DNA of 63,950 bases, filler included, from Vicugna vicugna (Eukaryota): NCBI GenBank assembly GCA_013265495.1. It is 75 parts of 75 records of this genome, joined end to end, with 100 filler letters (N's around TTAATTAATTAA, not from the genome) between each part and the next. Parts side by side here need not be neighbours in the genome. Positions count along the whole stretch, not along the records: positions 1 to 1,243 come from MU059411.1; positions 1,344 to 2,049 come from PNXW01009222.1; positions 2,150 to 2,776 come from MU059413.1; positions 2,877 to 3,985 come from MU059414.1; positions 4,086 to 5,310 come from MU059415.1; positions 5,411 to 6,541 come from MU059416.1; positions 6,642 to 7,152 come from MU059417.1; positions 7,253 to 7,833 come from MU059419.1; 67 more parts are not named here. One strand, 5' to 3'. A program made the position numbers and the translations under genes. Positions 1-12,376 of the stretch are shown piece by piece. Each line of letters begins with the position of its first letter. The first letter of the stretch is position 1. The notes under the pieces are model-generated. The model did not search any database, was not told the DNA's origin, and saw only the letters and a list, made by a program, of their open reading frames with translations.

Positions 1-1243
1 TGCTGCTACTTGGCCTCCAAGCCAAACTCCCAGCTTTCCCTCTCACCCCGGCCTAGGGAAACAATCAAGGAATACAAGCTAAGGGCTTCTATTAGAACCC
101 AGCCGCTTATGTAACCTGAAATTGCCAGCCCACACTCAGGATAGCAGAAAACTTCTTCATGTGTGTTCTGGAGGTGGGGATACAGAGTCCATGCTTTTTT
201 CAAGGAGCACAGGTATTCCCATGTTGTGGGGTTTTGGTTCATAACCTCCAAATCCCATGGAGAAGCACTCGCTAATACTTGGATTTATAGCCCAACCCAC
301 ACTTTCCCCAGCACTCCGTATCAGGCAACCGAAAAGGGTAGACAAGTTAAGCGATTTTATAAGAACCAAGGTCCTGCTCTCAGTTGGAGGAGGCTGCCCA
401 CTCTCAGGATAACTGTGCAAGTGTTCGTGTGTGTGCTGGAGGTGTGGAAACAGACTCCACGGATCTTTATGGGGGCACAGGTGTTCCCANNNNNNNNNNN
501 NNNNNNNNNNNNNNNNNNNNNNNNNNNNNNNNNNNNNNNNNNNNNNNNNNNNNNNNNNNNNNNNNNNNNNNNNNNNNNNNNNNNNNNNNNNNNNNNNNNN
601 NNNNNNNNNNNNNNNNNNNNNNNNNNNNNNNNNNNNNNNNNNNNNNNNNNNNNNNNNNNNNNNNNNNNNNNNNNNNNNNNNNNNNNNNNNNNNNNNNNNN
701 NNNNNNNNNNNNNNNNNNNNNNNNNNNNNNNNNNNNNNNNNNNNNNNNNNNNNNNNNNNNNNNNNNNNNNNNNNNNNNNNNNNNNNNNNNNNNNNNNNNN
801 NNNNNNNNNNNNNNNNNNNNNNNNNNNNNNNNNNNNNNNNNNNNNNNNNNNNNNNNNNNNNNNNNNNNNNNNNNNNNNNNNNNNNNNNNNNNNNNNNNNN
901 NNNNNNNNNNNNNNNNNNNNNNNNNNNNNNNNNNNNNNNNNNNNNNNNNNNNNNNNNNNNNNNNNNNNNNNNNNNNNNNNNNNNNNNNNNNNNNNNNNNN
1001 NNNNNNNNNNNNNNNNNNNNNNNNNNNNNNNNNNNGGATAGGCTCTCGCTAATACTTGGTTTAGAGCCCAACCCCCACTTTCCCCCACTCTCCAGCCTAG
1101 GCATGTCATCAGGGAAGACAAGCTAAGGGATTCTATTAGAACCCAGGCGCTGCTGTCATTTGGAGGATCCTCCGCACAATCAGGATCCCTGAGCAAGACT
1201 CCGTGTGTGTGCTGGAGGTGGGGAAACGGATTCCACGCATCTT
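1..1243 (+). repeat. Satellite D (diverged ~267-bp monomers related to satellite A); gap 490-1035
   Basis: CAAGCTAAGG-type anchor at 75, 343 (268 bp apart) and 1119; shares TTAGAACCCA-GCGCTGC..TTGG-GGA..CTCAGGAT with A. Confidence 0.85.
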
Positions 1244-1343
1244 NNNNNNNNNNNNNNNNNNNNNNNNNNNNNNNNNNNNNNNNNNNNTTAATTAATTAAN
1301 NNNNNNNNNNNNNNNNNNNNNNNNNNNNNNNNNNNNNNNNNNN
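1244..1343. other. Artificial scaffold linker N44-TTAATTAATTAA-N44 (first of 74 copies; last at 63583-63682)
   Basis: Exactly 44 N + palindromic 12-mer (TAA stop in all six frames) + 44 N = 100 bp, repeated between unrelated sequences. Confidence 0.98.
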
Positions 1344-2049
1344 TTTTTCTGTGAAAAATTCAAGAATTCGACACTGGTGTTAGGGAAATCTTGTGAAAAT
1401 GAGTATACGTGTCTAGATAAAAATTTTCCTTATATAGAGGATGAAAGATCAGTAATGAACATGCTCTCAACTCAGGAATGCATGTTTGTCGAATCCGTCA
1501 TTCATGTAGCATGTACTGAGCACGGAATCTCATGTTGATGGAAGCTATTTAAATTATATATCTCTAGGATAGAATTCGTACCAAGAGTGTTTTTCTGAGA
1601 TTAAAGTTTGATATGGTGATAGAAAGAAGCTACGAAGTCCAAGTAAATATTTCAAAGCGCATCGGTAACTTGATTGGTGTTTGAAATATGAGTCATTCAC
1701 ATGTTCACAACTCAGAAATGCATGTTTGAAGAATCCGTGATGCATGAAACATGTTCGGAATACGGAATGCCAATGTTATTTAAAGAATGTAAATTACATG
1801 TGTATTGTAGAGAATTCGCTCAAAGAGTTTTTTCTGGTGCCTAATGTCCTTTTTTAAGACCTGCTGATAGAAAAAAACTATGATGTCAGAGTAAATATTA
1901 CTAAGTGTTTATATGCCTTCTTGGTGGATGAAAGATCACTAATCCACATGCTCTCAAGTCAGAAATGTATGTTTGCTGAATCCGTCATGCATACAGCATG
2001 TACAGAACTCGGAATGCCATGTTGAAGGAATTCATGTAAATTACATATC
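1344..2049 (+). repeat. Satellite B (AT-rich ~740-bp trimer)
   Basis: Three related GAATCCGT[C/G]AT..CATG..CGGAAT blocks about 245 bp apart; matches other B scaffolds. Confidence 0.92.
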
Positions 2050-2149
2050 NNNNNNNNNNNNNNNNNNNNNNNNNNNNNNNNNNNNNNNNNNNNTTAATTA
2101 ATTAANNNNNNNNNNNNNNNNNNNNNNNNNNNNNNNNNNNNNNNNNNNN

Positions 2150-2776
2150 GAAGGGAGCACAAAGTTTCTTTTAAGTTGCCAACTCCACTCCACAAATATA
2201 TATGTGGAGGTACAATCTCCAAATCTGTTTTACTGTGAAAACGCCAGGCACTTCAATCCGGCACTAGGAAACAGACTGAGAAACCAGAGTAAGTGTTTCA
2301 CCTGCAACCTGTTCCCTTGGGGCTAGATGAACGAAAGTCTCTCCCCATGCTCAGTTCTGAGAGTTAAGTGTGTGTGAAAGCCGTCCTTCACCTAGCTTGA
2401 AGGGAACACAAAGTTTCTTTTCAGTTGCCAATTCCACTCCACACATATATATGGGTAGGTACAATCTTCAAATCGTTTTTACAGTGAAAAAGGCAGGCAC
2501 TTCATACCGGCACTAGGAAACAGACTGAGAAACCAGAGTAAGGGTTTCTCCTGCAACCCGTTCCCTTTGTGCTGGATAAACGAACGTCTCTCCACATGNN
2601 NNNNNNNNNNNNNNNNNNNNNNNNNNNNNNNNNNNNNNNNNNNNNNNNNNNNNNNNNNNNNNNNNNNNNNNNNNNNNNNNNNNNNNNNNNNNNNNNNNNT
2701 ATATGGGGAAAGCTCCAACAAGGTTTTACATTGACAACGGCAGGCACTTCAAACCGGCTCTAGGAAACAGACTGAG
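2150..2776 (+). repeat. Satellite C (249-bp monomer)
   Basis: GAAGGGA(G/A)CACAAAGTTTC at 2150 and 2399. Confidence 0.92.
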
Positions 2777-2876
2777 NNNNNNNNNNNNNNNNNNNNNNNN
2801 NNNNNNNNNNNNNNNNNNNNTTAATTAATTAANNNNNNNNNNNNNNNNNNNNNNNNNNNNNNNNNNNNNNNNNNNN

Positions 2877-3328
2877 AAATCATGGTGTCCCCGTAAAACC
2901 TCTAAAAAAAAAATAGGTTATACCCTATTTTGCAACTTGCCATCTCTACGTAAGTGTAGAAGAGCTAACATCCTTAAAGATCAGAGCCCGGAGAATAGGC
3001 TCTCCTGGATATTTCAGGCTAAAGGCAACTATCTTTTACAAAAGGTTCAGAGATAGCAAGTCTGAGCCTAGAAAACAGGGTACAGGTCTAAAGCCAAACG
3101 AACATATCTAACATGGAGTCAAATTTGTTCTTTTGTATTACAACTTCTTTTTCCACCTCATAAATAATTTTAGTAAGAAACGAGCAATTTTTCGTTTTTG
3201 CTTCTTAATAACGGATGAGTGGTCCAACTACAGTTTTGTGAGCAGGGATGCTGTGCGTGCCTTGGGGTCACAGCAAATTCTTCTTGGGGGTGGCCGACCC
3301 TGCAACATGTCTGATGCCCCGTGAGTGT
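2877..3328 (-). mobile_element. ERV1-class element: internal 3' end, polypurine tract (3144-3159) and start of the 3' LTR (boundary 3142)
   Basis: Minus strand reads GAGGTGGAAAAAGAAGT|TGTAATAC..AAATTTGACTCCATGTTAG; 2913-3142 is homologous to 16427-16651 and homology stops at the TG boundary. Confidence 0.7.
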
Positions 3329-4085
3329 NNNNNNNNNNNNNNNNNNNNNNNNNNNNNNNNNNNNNNNNNNNNNNNNNNNNNNNNNNNNNNNNNNNNNNNN
3401 NNNNNNNNNNNNNNNNNNNNNNNNNNNNNNNNNNNNNNNNNNNNNNNNNNNNNNNNNNNNNNNNNNNNNNNNNNNNNNNNNNNNNNNNNNNNNNNNNNNN
3501 NNNNNNNNNNNNNNNNNNNNNNNNNNNNNNNNNNNNNNNNNNNNNNNNNNNNNNNNNNNNNNNNNNNNNNNNNNNNNNNNNNNNNNNNNNNNNNNNNNNN
3601 NNNNNNNNNNNNNNNNNNNNNNNNNNNNNNNNNNNNNNNNNNNNNNNNNNNNNNNNNNNNNNNNNNNNNNNNNNNNNNNNNNNNNNNNNNNNNNNNNNNN
3701 NNNNNNNNNNNNNNNNNNNNNNNNNNNNNNNNNNNNNNNNNNNNNNNNNNNNNNNNNNNNNNNNNNNNNNNNNNNNNNNNNNNNNNNNNNNNNNNNNNNN
3801 NNNNNNNNNNNNNNNNNNNNNNNNNNNNNNNNNNNNNNNNNNNNNNNNNNNNNNNNNNNNNNNNNNNNNNNNNNNNCAGCGACACTTGAAAACACTTGTA
3901 TCAAAATAAAATAAATTCAAAACTATTGCATCAGAGCTGGATGTGTGAGAGATCCTAAGCCTGTCTCAGAGTGCAGGGGACAAGANNNNNNNNNNNNNNN
4001 NNNNNNNNNNNNNNNNNNNNNNNNNNNNNTTAATTAATTAANNNNNNNNNNNNNNNNNNNNNNNNNNNNNNNNNNNNNNNNNNNN

Positions 4086-5310
4086 AGGAAAAACCTATGA
4101 AGTCAGAGTAAAAATTTCTAATTCTATATAGGCCTTGTTCATAGGGTGAAAGTTCTGTATCAACATGCTCACAAGTCAGAAACGCATGACTGCCAAATCC
4201 ATCATACATGTAGCATGTACGGAACCCAGAATGCCATGCTGTTAGAATACATGTAAATTACATATCTGTAAGGTGAANNNNNNNNNNNNNNNNNNNNNNN
4301 NNNNNNNNNNNNNNNNNNNNNNNNNNNNNNNNNNNNNNNNNNNNNNNNNNNNNNNNNNNNNNNNNNNNNNNNNNNNNNNNNNNNNNNNNNNNNNNNNNNN
4401 NNNNNNNNNNNNNNNNNNNNNNNNNNNNNNNNNNNNNNNNNNNNNNNNNNNNNNNNNNNNNNNNNNNNNNNNNNNNNNNNNNNNNNNNNNNNNNNNNNNN
4501 NNNNNNNNNNNNNNNNNNNNNNNNNNNNNNNNNNNNNNNNNNNNNNNNNNNNNNNNNNNNNNNNNNNNNNNNNNNNNNNNNNNNNNNNNNNNNNNNNNNN
4601 NNNNNNNNNNNNNNNNNNNNNNNNNNNNNNNNNNNNNNNNNNNNNNNNNNNNNNNNNNNNNNNNNNNNNNNNNNNNNNNNNNNNNNNNNNNNNNNNNNNN
4701 NNNNNNNNNNNNNNNNNNNNNNNNNNNNNNNNNNNNNNNNNNNNNNNNNNNNNNNNNNNNNNNNNNNNNNNNNNNNNNNNNNNNNNNNNNNNNNNNNNNN
4801 NNNNNNNNNNNNNNNNNNNNNNNNNNNNNNNNNNNNNNNNNNNNNNNNNNNNNNNNNNNNNNNNNNNNNNNNNNNNNNNNNNNNNNNNNNNNNNNNNNNN
4901 NNNNNNNNNNNNNNNNNNNNNNNNNNNNNNNNNNNNNNNNNNNNNNNNNNNNNNNNNNNNNNNNNNNNNNNNNNNNNNNNNNNNNNNNNNNNNNNNNNNN
5001 NNNNNNNNNNNNNNNNNNNNNNNNNNNNNNNNNNNNNNNNNNNNNNNNNNNNNNNNNNNNNNNNNNNNNNNNNNNNNNNNNNNNNTGTACACGTGTCTAG
5101 ATGAAAATATTCCTTTCATAGAGAATGAAAGATTAGTAATCCACATGCTCTCAACTCAGGAATGCATGTTTGTCAAAGCCGTCATGTATGTAGCATGTAA
5201 GGAACACGGAATATCATGTAGATGGGATCTATTCAAATTAAATATGTCTAGGGAAGTATTCACTCCAAGAGGGCTATTGTGGGATCAAATCTGATTCTTG
5301 AAACTGGTGA
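4086..5310 (+). repeat. Satellite B; gap 4278-5085
   Basis: AAAAACCTATGAAGTCAGAGTAAA and GTCTAGATGAAAATATTCC motifs. Confidence 0.9.
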
Positions 5311-5483
5311 NNNNNNNNNNNNNNNNNNNNNNNNNNNNNNNNNNNNNNNNNNNNTTAATTAATTAANNNNNNNNNNNNNNNNNNNNNNNNNNNNNNNNNN
5401 NNNNNNNNNNTTTTAGAAGTGGGCTCTAGCCCAGCATAACTAACTCTCCTTTCTTTTGCTTCCTCAGTTGGTGGCTGTACCGG

Positions 5484-6541
5484 CTTTTTCATTATATGTT
5501 ATTGCTAGATAATGAACATAGGTTTCTGTGCTATATAGAAGAAACTTAATTTAAAATCTCTTTTTATATATAGTGGCTAACATTTGTAAATCTCGAACTC
5601 CCAAATTTATCCCTTCCTATCCCCTTTCCCTGGTAACCNNNNNNNNNNNNNNNNNNNNNNNNNNNNNNNNNNNNNNNNNNNNNNNNNNNNNNNNNNNNNN
5701 NNNNNNNNNNNNNNNNNNNNNNNNNNNNNNNNNNNNNNNNNNNNNNNNNNNNNNNNNNNNNNNNNNNNNNNNNNNNNNNNNNNNNNNNNNNNNNNNNNNN
5801 NNNNNNNNNNNNNNNNNNNNNNNNNNNNNNNNNNNNNNNNNNNNNNNNNNNNNNNNNNNNNNNNNNNNNNNNNNNNNNNNNNNNNNNNNNNNNNNNNNNN
5901 NNNNNNNNNNNNNNNNNNNNNNNNNNNNNNNNNNNNNNNNNNNNNNNNNNNNNNNNNNNNNNNNNNNNNNNNNNNNNNNNNNNNNNNNNNNNNNNNNNNN
6001 NNNNNNNNNNNNNNNNNNNNNNNNNNNNNNNNNNNNNNNNNNNNNNNNNNNNNNNNNNNNNNNNNNNNNNNNNNNNNNNNNNNNNNNNNNNNNNNNNNNN
6101 NNNNNNNNNNNNNNNNNNNNNNNNNNNNNNNNNNNNNNNNNNNNNNNNNNNNNNNNNNNNNNNNNNNNNNNNNNNNNNNNNNNNNNNNNNNNNNNNNNNN
6201 NNNNNNNNNNNNNNNNNNNNNNNNNNNNNNNNNNNNNNNNNNNNNNNNNNNNNNNNNNNNNNNNNNNNNTATTGGCCAATTGTGTCTTCATTGGAGAAAT
6301 GCTTGTTTAGGTCTTCTGCCTATTTTAGGATTGAGTTGTTTGTTTTTTTGTTATTAAGTTGTATGAGCTGTTTATATATTCTGAAAATTAAGCCTTTGTT
6401 AGTCGTATCATTTGCAAATATTTTCTCCTATTCGTAGGTTGTTGTTTTCTTTTGTTTTACTTATGGTTATCTTTGCTGTGAAGAAATTTATGAGTATAGT
6501 TACATCCCTTTTGTTTATTTTTTTCTCTTATTTCCATTGCC
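5484..6541 (-). mobile_element. L1 LINE 3' end and ORF2 C-terminal fragment; gap 5639-6269
   Basis: CTGTGCTATA..CCCTGGTAACC 3'UTR motif; TTGGAGAAATG..TTTGCAAATATTTTCTCC antisense ORF2 motif. Confidence 0.8.
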
Positions 6542-7252
6542 NNNNNNNNNNNNNNNNNNNNNNNNNNNNNNNNNNNNNNNNNNNNTTAATTAATTAANNN
6601 NNNNNNNNNNNNNNNNNNNNNNNNNNNNNNNNNNNNNNNNNGAACTTTTAGAAGCTTCATTTCCACAAGAGGAAGTGTCCTGCGCAGTTTCAGAAATGTG
6701 AGATAAGCTAAACAAAATGAAGTTATGCTACTCGAAATAGTATAGGTTGTTTATCACAACAAATGCAACACCAGCAATTGGAGATATACAGGACAACACA
6801 CACAGGAACAGGATATGGCATCAATGTCTAGGAGAAATTGTCCTCACAGAAATCCCATGGAATTGCGTAGAGCCAAGAGTCTAAAATTTTCACTTAACAA
6901 AGCCCTAGAAGTCTACATTAGATATCTGATATTACCTGACCAGTAGAGATGAAGAAGTACAGTAAAAGAAACAGGAAGTACCATTTTCAGTTCCAAAGAT
7001 ATTGAAGGCCCAAAAGATAAGCTTTCAAACAACTAGANNNNNNNNNNNNNACCAAGGGTAGGGTGGTCAGGAAAGCACTGAAGAACAACAGTGTCTCAGA
7101 ATCACCAAAGGAAGAACACCAGAAAAGGGGAAGAGAAAGTCTAAAGACGAGCNNNNNNNNNNNNNNNNNNNNNNNNNNNNNNNNNNNNNNNNNNNNTTAA
7201 TTAATTAANNNNNNNNNNNNNNNNNNNNNNNNNNNNNNNNNNNNNNNNNNNN

Positions 7253-7833
7253 ATGAAAATATTCCTTTTATAGAGGATGAAAGATTTGTAATCCACATCC
7301 TCTCAACTCAGGAATGCATGTTTGTCGAATCCGTCATGTATGAAGCATGTACGGAACACGGAATATCATGTAGATGGAATCCATTTAAATTTCATATCTC
7401 TAGTGTAGAATCCGTTCCAAGAGGGTTTTTCTGGGATCAAACTGTGATTCTTTCAACTGGTGATAGGAAGAAGCTACGAAGTCAAAATAAATATTTCAGA
7501 GTGTATTTCTAACTTTTTTGGTGGTTAAAACAGCAGTCATACGCATGTTCACAACTCAGAAATGCATGTTTGTGGAATCCGTGATGCATGAATCATGTTC
7601 GGAATACGGAATGCCATGGTTATATAAACAATGTAAATTACATGTGTATTGGTGAGAATTCGCTCAAAGAGTGTTTGCTGGTGCCAAATGTCCTATTTTA
7701 GAACCTGGTGATAAAAAAAACTATGAAGTCAGAGTAAATATTTGTAAGTTTATATACGTCTTCTTTTGTGGATGAAAGGTCAGTAATGCACATGCTCACA
7801 ATTTAGAAACGCATGACTGCCGAATCCATCATG
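7253..7833 (+). repeat. Satellite B
   Basis: Matches the B trimer throughout. Confidence 0.92.
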
Positions 7834-7933
7834 NNNNNNNNNNNNNNNNNNNNNNNNNNNNNNNNNNNNNNNNNNNNTTAATTAATTAANNNNNNNNNNN
7901 NNNNNNNNNNNNNNNNNNNNNNNNNNNNNNNNN

Positions 7934-8519
7934 TCTCTAGGAAAATACAAGAGGAAAGAAACCAAATATATACATTTATGTTTGAATCCAAAAGCAGCTA
8001 GAGCCATTCTAGGTAGGAGAACCCTGCTGCAATTATGCTAGTCTATGGAGAACCAGGTGTTCTTCTATCAGTGATGAGAACGCTTAATCATCCGATCTTG
8101 TTGGGTAAAGCCATTTAACGCAACCAAGTCTGCACCCGCATGATATAGTGCCCAAGGGGGCTTGACTCAAGTGAAAGACGATCCACATAAGCTGTGTCTT
8201 TAATATCATTTGCGACTTTTACAGTACAGTTCTCTTTCTGACTTGTACTATTTACCCATACTGTCTTGAAAAATTGAGGCCTAATACAGATTCAAGTTCA
8301 GTCAGATTCCCATCCCTTACAAATACAGATTTCAGTCAGATTCCCATCCCTTACCACACTCCCTTCACCACAGGGAAGACATAAACACAACATTTGCTGA
8401 ATCTAGCCGAAGGCCATCGTTTCTATGTGTGAGCTAAGTATTCAATTCCTATCTACTTCAGCCAAGTTTATTTTACCTTTAAGGAGTTCCCTGTTGTTCA
8501 CAGAGTGTGAAGCTGGAGG
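7934..8519. repeat. Unclassified multicopy sequence (paralogue of 17533-17914)
   Basis: 8106-8519 aligns colinearly with 17533-17914. Confidence 0.8.
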
Positions 8520-8619
8520 NNNNNNNNNNNNNNNNNNNNNNNNNNNNNNNNNNNNNNNNNNNNTTAATTAATTAANNNNNNNNNNNNNNNNNNNNNNNNN
8601 NNNNNNNNNNNNNNNNNNN

Positions 8620-9714
8620 GAACATGCGCCTGACTGAAATTTCAAACACCAAACAAGTTACCTATGCACTTTGTATATTTATTTTGACTTGGTATTTTCT
8701 GCCTATCACCAGTTTCAAGAATCACACTTTGATCCCAATAAAACCCTCTTGGAGCGAATTCTACCGTAGAGATATGTAATTTGAATAGATTCCATCAACA
8801 TGATATTCTGTTTTCCTTACATGCTACATACATGACGGATTTGACAAACATGCATTCNNNNNNNNNNNNNNNNNNNNNNNNNNNNNNNNNNNNNNNNNNN
8901 NNNNNNNNNNNNNNNNNNNNNNNNNNNNNNNNNNNNNNNNNNNNNNNNNNNNNNNNNNNNNNNNNNNNNNNNNNNNNNNNNNNNNNNNNNNNNNNNNNNN
9001 NNNNNNNNNNNNNNNNNNNNNNNNNNNNNNNNNNNNNNNNNNNNNNNNNNNNNNNNNNNNNNNNNNNNNNNNNNNNNNNNNNNNNNNNNNNNNNNNNNNN
9101 NNNNNNNNNNNNNNNNNNNNNNNNNNNNNNNNNNNNNNNNNNNNNNNNNNNNNNNNNNNNNNNNNNNNNNNNNNNNNNNNNNNNNNNNNNNNNNNNNNNN
9201 NNNNNNNNNNNNNNNNNNNNNNNNNNNNNNNNNNNNNNNNNNNNNNNNNNNNNNNNNNNNNNNNNNNNNNNNNNNNNNNNNNNNNNNNNNNNNNNNNNNN
9301 NNNNNNNNNNNNNNNNNNNNNNNNNNNNNNNNNNNNNNNNNNNNNNNNNNNNNNNNNNNNNNNNNNNNNNNNNNNNNNNNNNNNNNNNNNNNNNNNNNNN
9401 NNNNNNNNNNNNNNNNNNNNNNNNNNNNNNNNNNNNNNNNNNNNNNNNNNNNNNNNNNNNNNNNNNNCAAGAATCACACTTTGATCCCACAAAAACCCTC
9501 TTGGAGCAAATTCTAACCTAGAGATATGTAATTTGAATAGATTACATCTAAATAATATTCCATGTACCATACATGCTACATACATGACTGATTCGACAAA
9601 CATGCCTTCCTGAGTTGAGGGCATCTGAATTAATAATCTTTCATCCTGTATAAAAGGAATATTTTCATTTGGACACGTGTACACATTTTAACATGCTTTC
9701 CCTAACACCAGGTA
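8620..9714 (-). repeat. Satellite B; gap 8858-9467
   Basis: CAAGAATCACACTTTGATCCC at 8715 and 9468, about one trimer apart across the gap. Confidence 0.9.
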
Positions 9715-9814
9715 NNNNNNNNNNNNNNNNNNNNNNNNNNNNNNNNNNNNNNNNNNNNTTAATTAATTAANNNNNNNNNNNNNNNNNNNNNNNNNNNNNN
9801 NNNNNNNNNNNNNN

Positions 9815-10602
9815 CGGAACGTGTTTCATGAATCATGGATTCCTCAAACATGCATTTCTCAGTTGTGGACATACGTATGACTGATATTTCAAACACCAAA
9901 CAAGATACCTAAGCACTCTGAAATATTTACTTTGACTTCATAGCTTATTCCTATCACCAGTTTCAAGAATCACACTTTGATCCCAGAAAAACCCTCTTGG
10001 GGCAAATTCAACCCTAGAGATATGTAATTTGAATAGATTCCATCTACATGATATTCCGTGTTCCGTACATGCTACATACATGACGGATTCGACAAACATG
10101 CATTCCTGAGTTGAGGGCATCTTGATTACTAATCTTTCATCATCTATAAAAGGAATATTTTCATCTAGACACGTGTACACATTTTCACAAGCTTTCCCTA
10201 GCACCAGTTTGGAATTCGTGCTTTTTTCACAGAAAAATAATTCTGGAGCGATTTCCACCTAATAGATATGTAATTTACATGAATTCCATCAACATGGCAT
10301 TCCGGGTTCCGTACTTGCTACATGCATGATGGATTCGTGATACATGTGTTTCTGAGTTGTGAGCATAAGGATTACTGAACTTTCATCCACGAAACAAGGC
10401 ATATATACCCTTAGAAATTTTTACTCTGACTTCATATGTTTTTTTCTATCACTAGGTTTTAAATCAGAGGTTTGGCACCAGAAAACACTTTTTGAGCGAA
10501 TTTTCACCAACACAGATGAATTTAAATTTTCACATAACCATGGTATTCACATTCCTTTTTCAAAAATGTTTCATGCAACACGGATTCCTCAATCATGCAT
10601 TT
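9815..10602 (-). repeat. Satellite B, slightly more than one full trimer
   Basis: GTTTCATG..GGATTCCTCAA recurs about 745 bp apart. Confidence 0.92.
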
Positions 10603-11589
10603 NNNNNNNNNNNNNNNNNNNNNNNNNNNNNNNNNNNNNNNNNNNNTTAATTAATTAANNNNNNNNNNNNNNNNNNNNNNNNNNNNNNNNNNNNNNNNNN
10701 NNATTTTTTAGAAGCGAAATGCAAACTCTCATGAACTAAATTTGTTAGTCCTCCCTCCTACATGACATTTTATAGTAGTAATCTTCATCAGGAAATTGTT
10801 CCCTGAGCAGGCTTTTTTTTTTTTTTTTAAACNNNNNNNNNNNNNNNNNNNNNNNNNNNNNNNNNNNNNNNNNNNNNNNNNNNNNNNNNNNNNNNNNNNN
10901 NNNNNNNNNNNNNNNNNNNNNNNNNNNNNNNNNNNNNNNNNNNNNNNNNNNNNNNNNNNNNNNNNNNNNNNNNNNNNNNNNNNNNNNNNNNNNNNNNNNN
11001 NNNNNNNNNNNNNNNNNNNNNNNNNNNNNNNNNNNNNNNNNNNNNNNNNNNNNNNNNNNNNNNNNNNNNNNNNNNNNNNNNNNNNNNNNNNNNNNNNNNN
11101 NNNNNNNNNNNNNNNNNNNNNNNNNNNNNNNNNNNNNNNNNNNNNNNNNNNNNNNNNNNNNNNNNNNNNNNNNNNNNNNNNNNNNNNNNNNNNNNNNNNN
11201 NNNNNNNNNNNNNNNNNNNNNNNNNNNNNNNNNNNNNNNNNNNNNNNNNNNNNNNNNNNNNNNNNNNNNNNNNNNNNNNNNNNNNNNNNNNNNNNNNNNN
11301 NNNNNNNNNNNNNNNNNNNNNNNNNNNNNNNNNNNNNNNNNNNNNNNNNNNNNNNNNNNNNNNNNNNNNNNNNNNNNNNNNNNNNNNNNNNNNNNNNNNN
11401 NNNNNNNNNNNNNNNNNNNNNNNNNNNNNNNNNNNNNNNNNNNNACCATACACACATACATCTCTCTTTTTCCTTTCCCAGGTTTGCAAACAAGAAGTAA
11501 TATGATGAGGTTTGTAGTTTAGAAAGATCTCTGGAGGCAGTTTGATTGGAGGAGGCTCAGAATGGAGGCAGGGGAGCCAGTCAGAGACC

Positions 11590-12132
11590 ATATTAGTTTT
11601 CTCTTGCTGCACAACAAATTACCATAAAATTAGTAGCTTAAAGCAATAGACTTATTATCTGTGTGGGTCCGGAGTCAGGTAACAGCGTGGCTGGGTCCTC
11701 TGTTCAGGGTCTCACAAGGCTGAAATCAAGGTGTCAGCTTCCTTCTGGAAGATCTTGGGAAGAATCCCCTCCCAAGCTCATTTCATGTTGTCGGCAGAAT
11801 TCAGTTCGTTGCAGTAGGACCGAGATCCGTTTCCTTGATTTGTCAGCTGGGCGGCTGCCCTCCGTTCCTAGAGCCACTCACGTTCCTGGTCATGTGGCTC
11901 TCTCCATCTTCAAACGAGCAGCTGCACTCTGAACTCTGGCGTAGGGTCTCTGACCAACAAGATTAGGTCAGGCCCACCCAGATAAACTTTCTTCTTAAAG
12001 TCACGTGTGGCTTATAACAAAACCTAATCTTGGATGTGAAGTCTATCATATTCGTAGTCCTGGGGATTATATGGGGCTATATACCAGAGGGCGGGCGATC
12101 TTGGGGACCATCTTAGAATCTTAGAATTACCA
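11590..12132 (-). mobile_element. MaLR LTR, MLT1D/E-like
   Basis: TATTAGTTT..ACAAATTACCA..GGGTCTCACAAGGCTGAAATCAAGGTGTCAGC..GGCAGAATTCAGTTC..GGCCCACCCAGATAA..CCATCTTAGAAT hallmarks. Confidence 0.8.
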
Positions 12133-12376
12133 CGGAGACAGGCAGTTACCCTGGTAGCAGTGGTGAGGGCCTAAACGAAAAATGAGGGCAGATATAGGGA
12201 GTAGAGACCAGCGGCTGGTGGGTGATTGAAGATGGAAGAGAAGGGACTACAAGATGACTTTCTGGTTTTTAACCTGNNNNNNNNNNNNNNNNNNNNNNNN
12301 NNNNNNNNNNNNNNNNNNNNTTAATTAATTAANNNNNNNNNNNNNNNNNNNNNNNNNNNNNNNNNNNNNNNNNNNN

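Noticed and set aside
157..1196. Long ORFs of 200-360 aa in the ORF track (also at 4202, 48545, 58457 and elsewhere)
   Set aside because: They are open only because they run through N gaps; flanks are satellite or non-coding.
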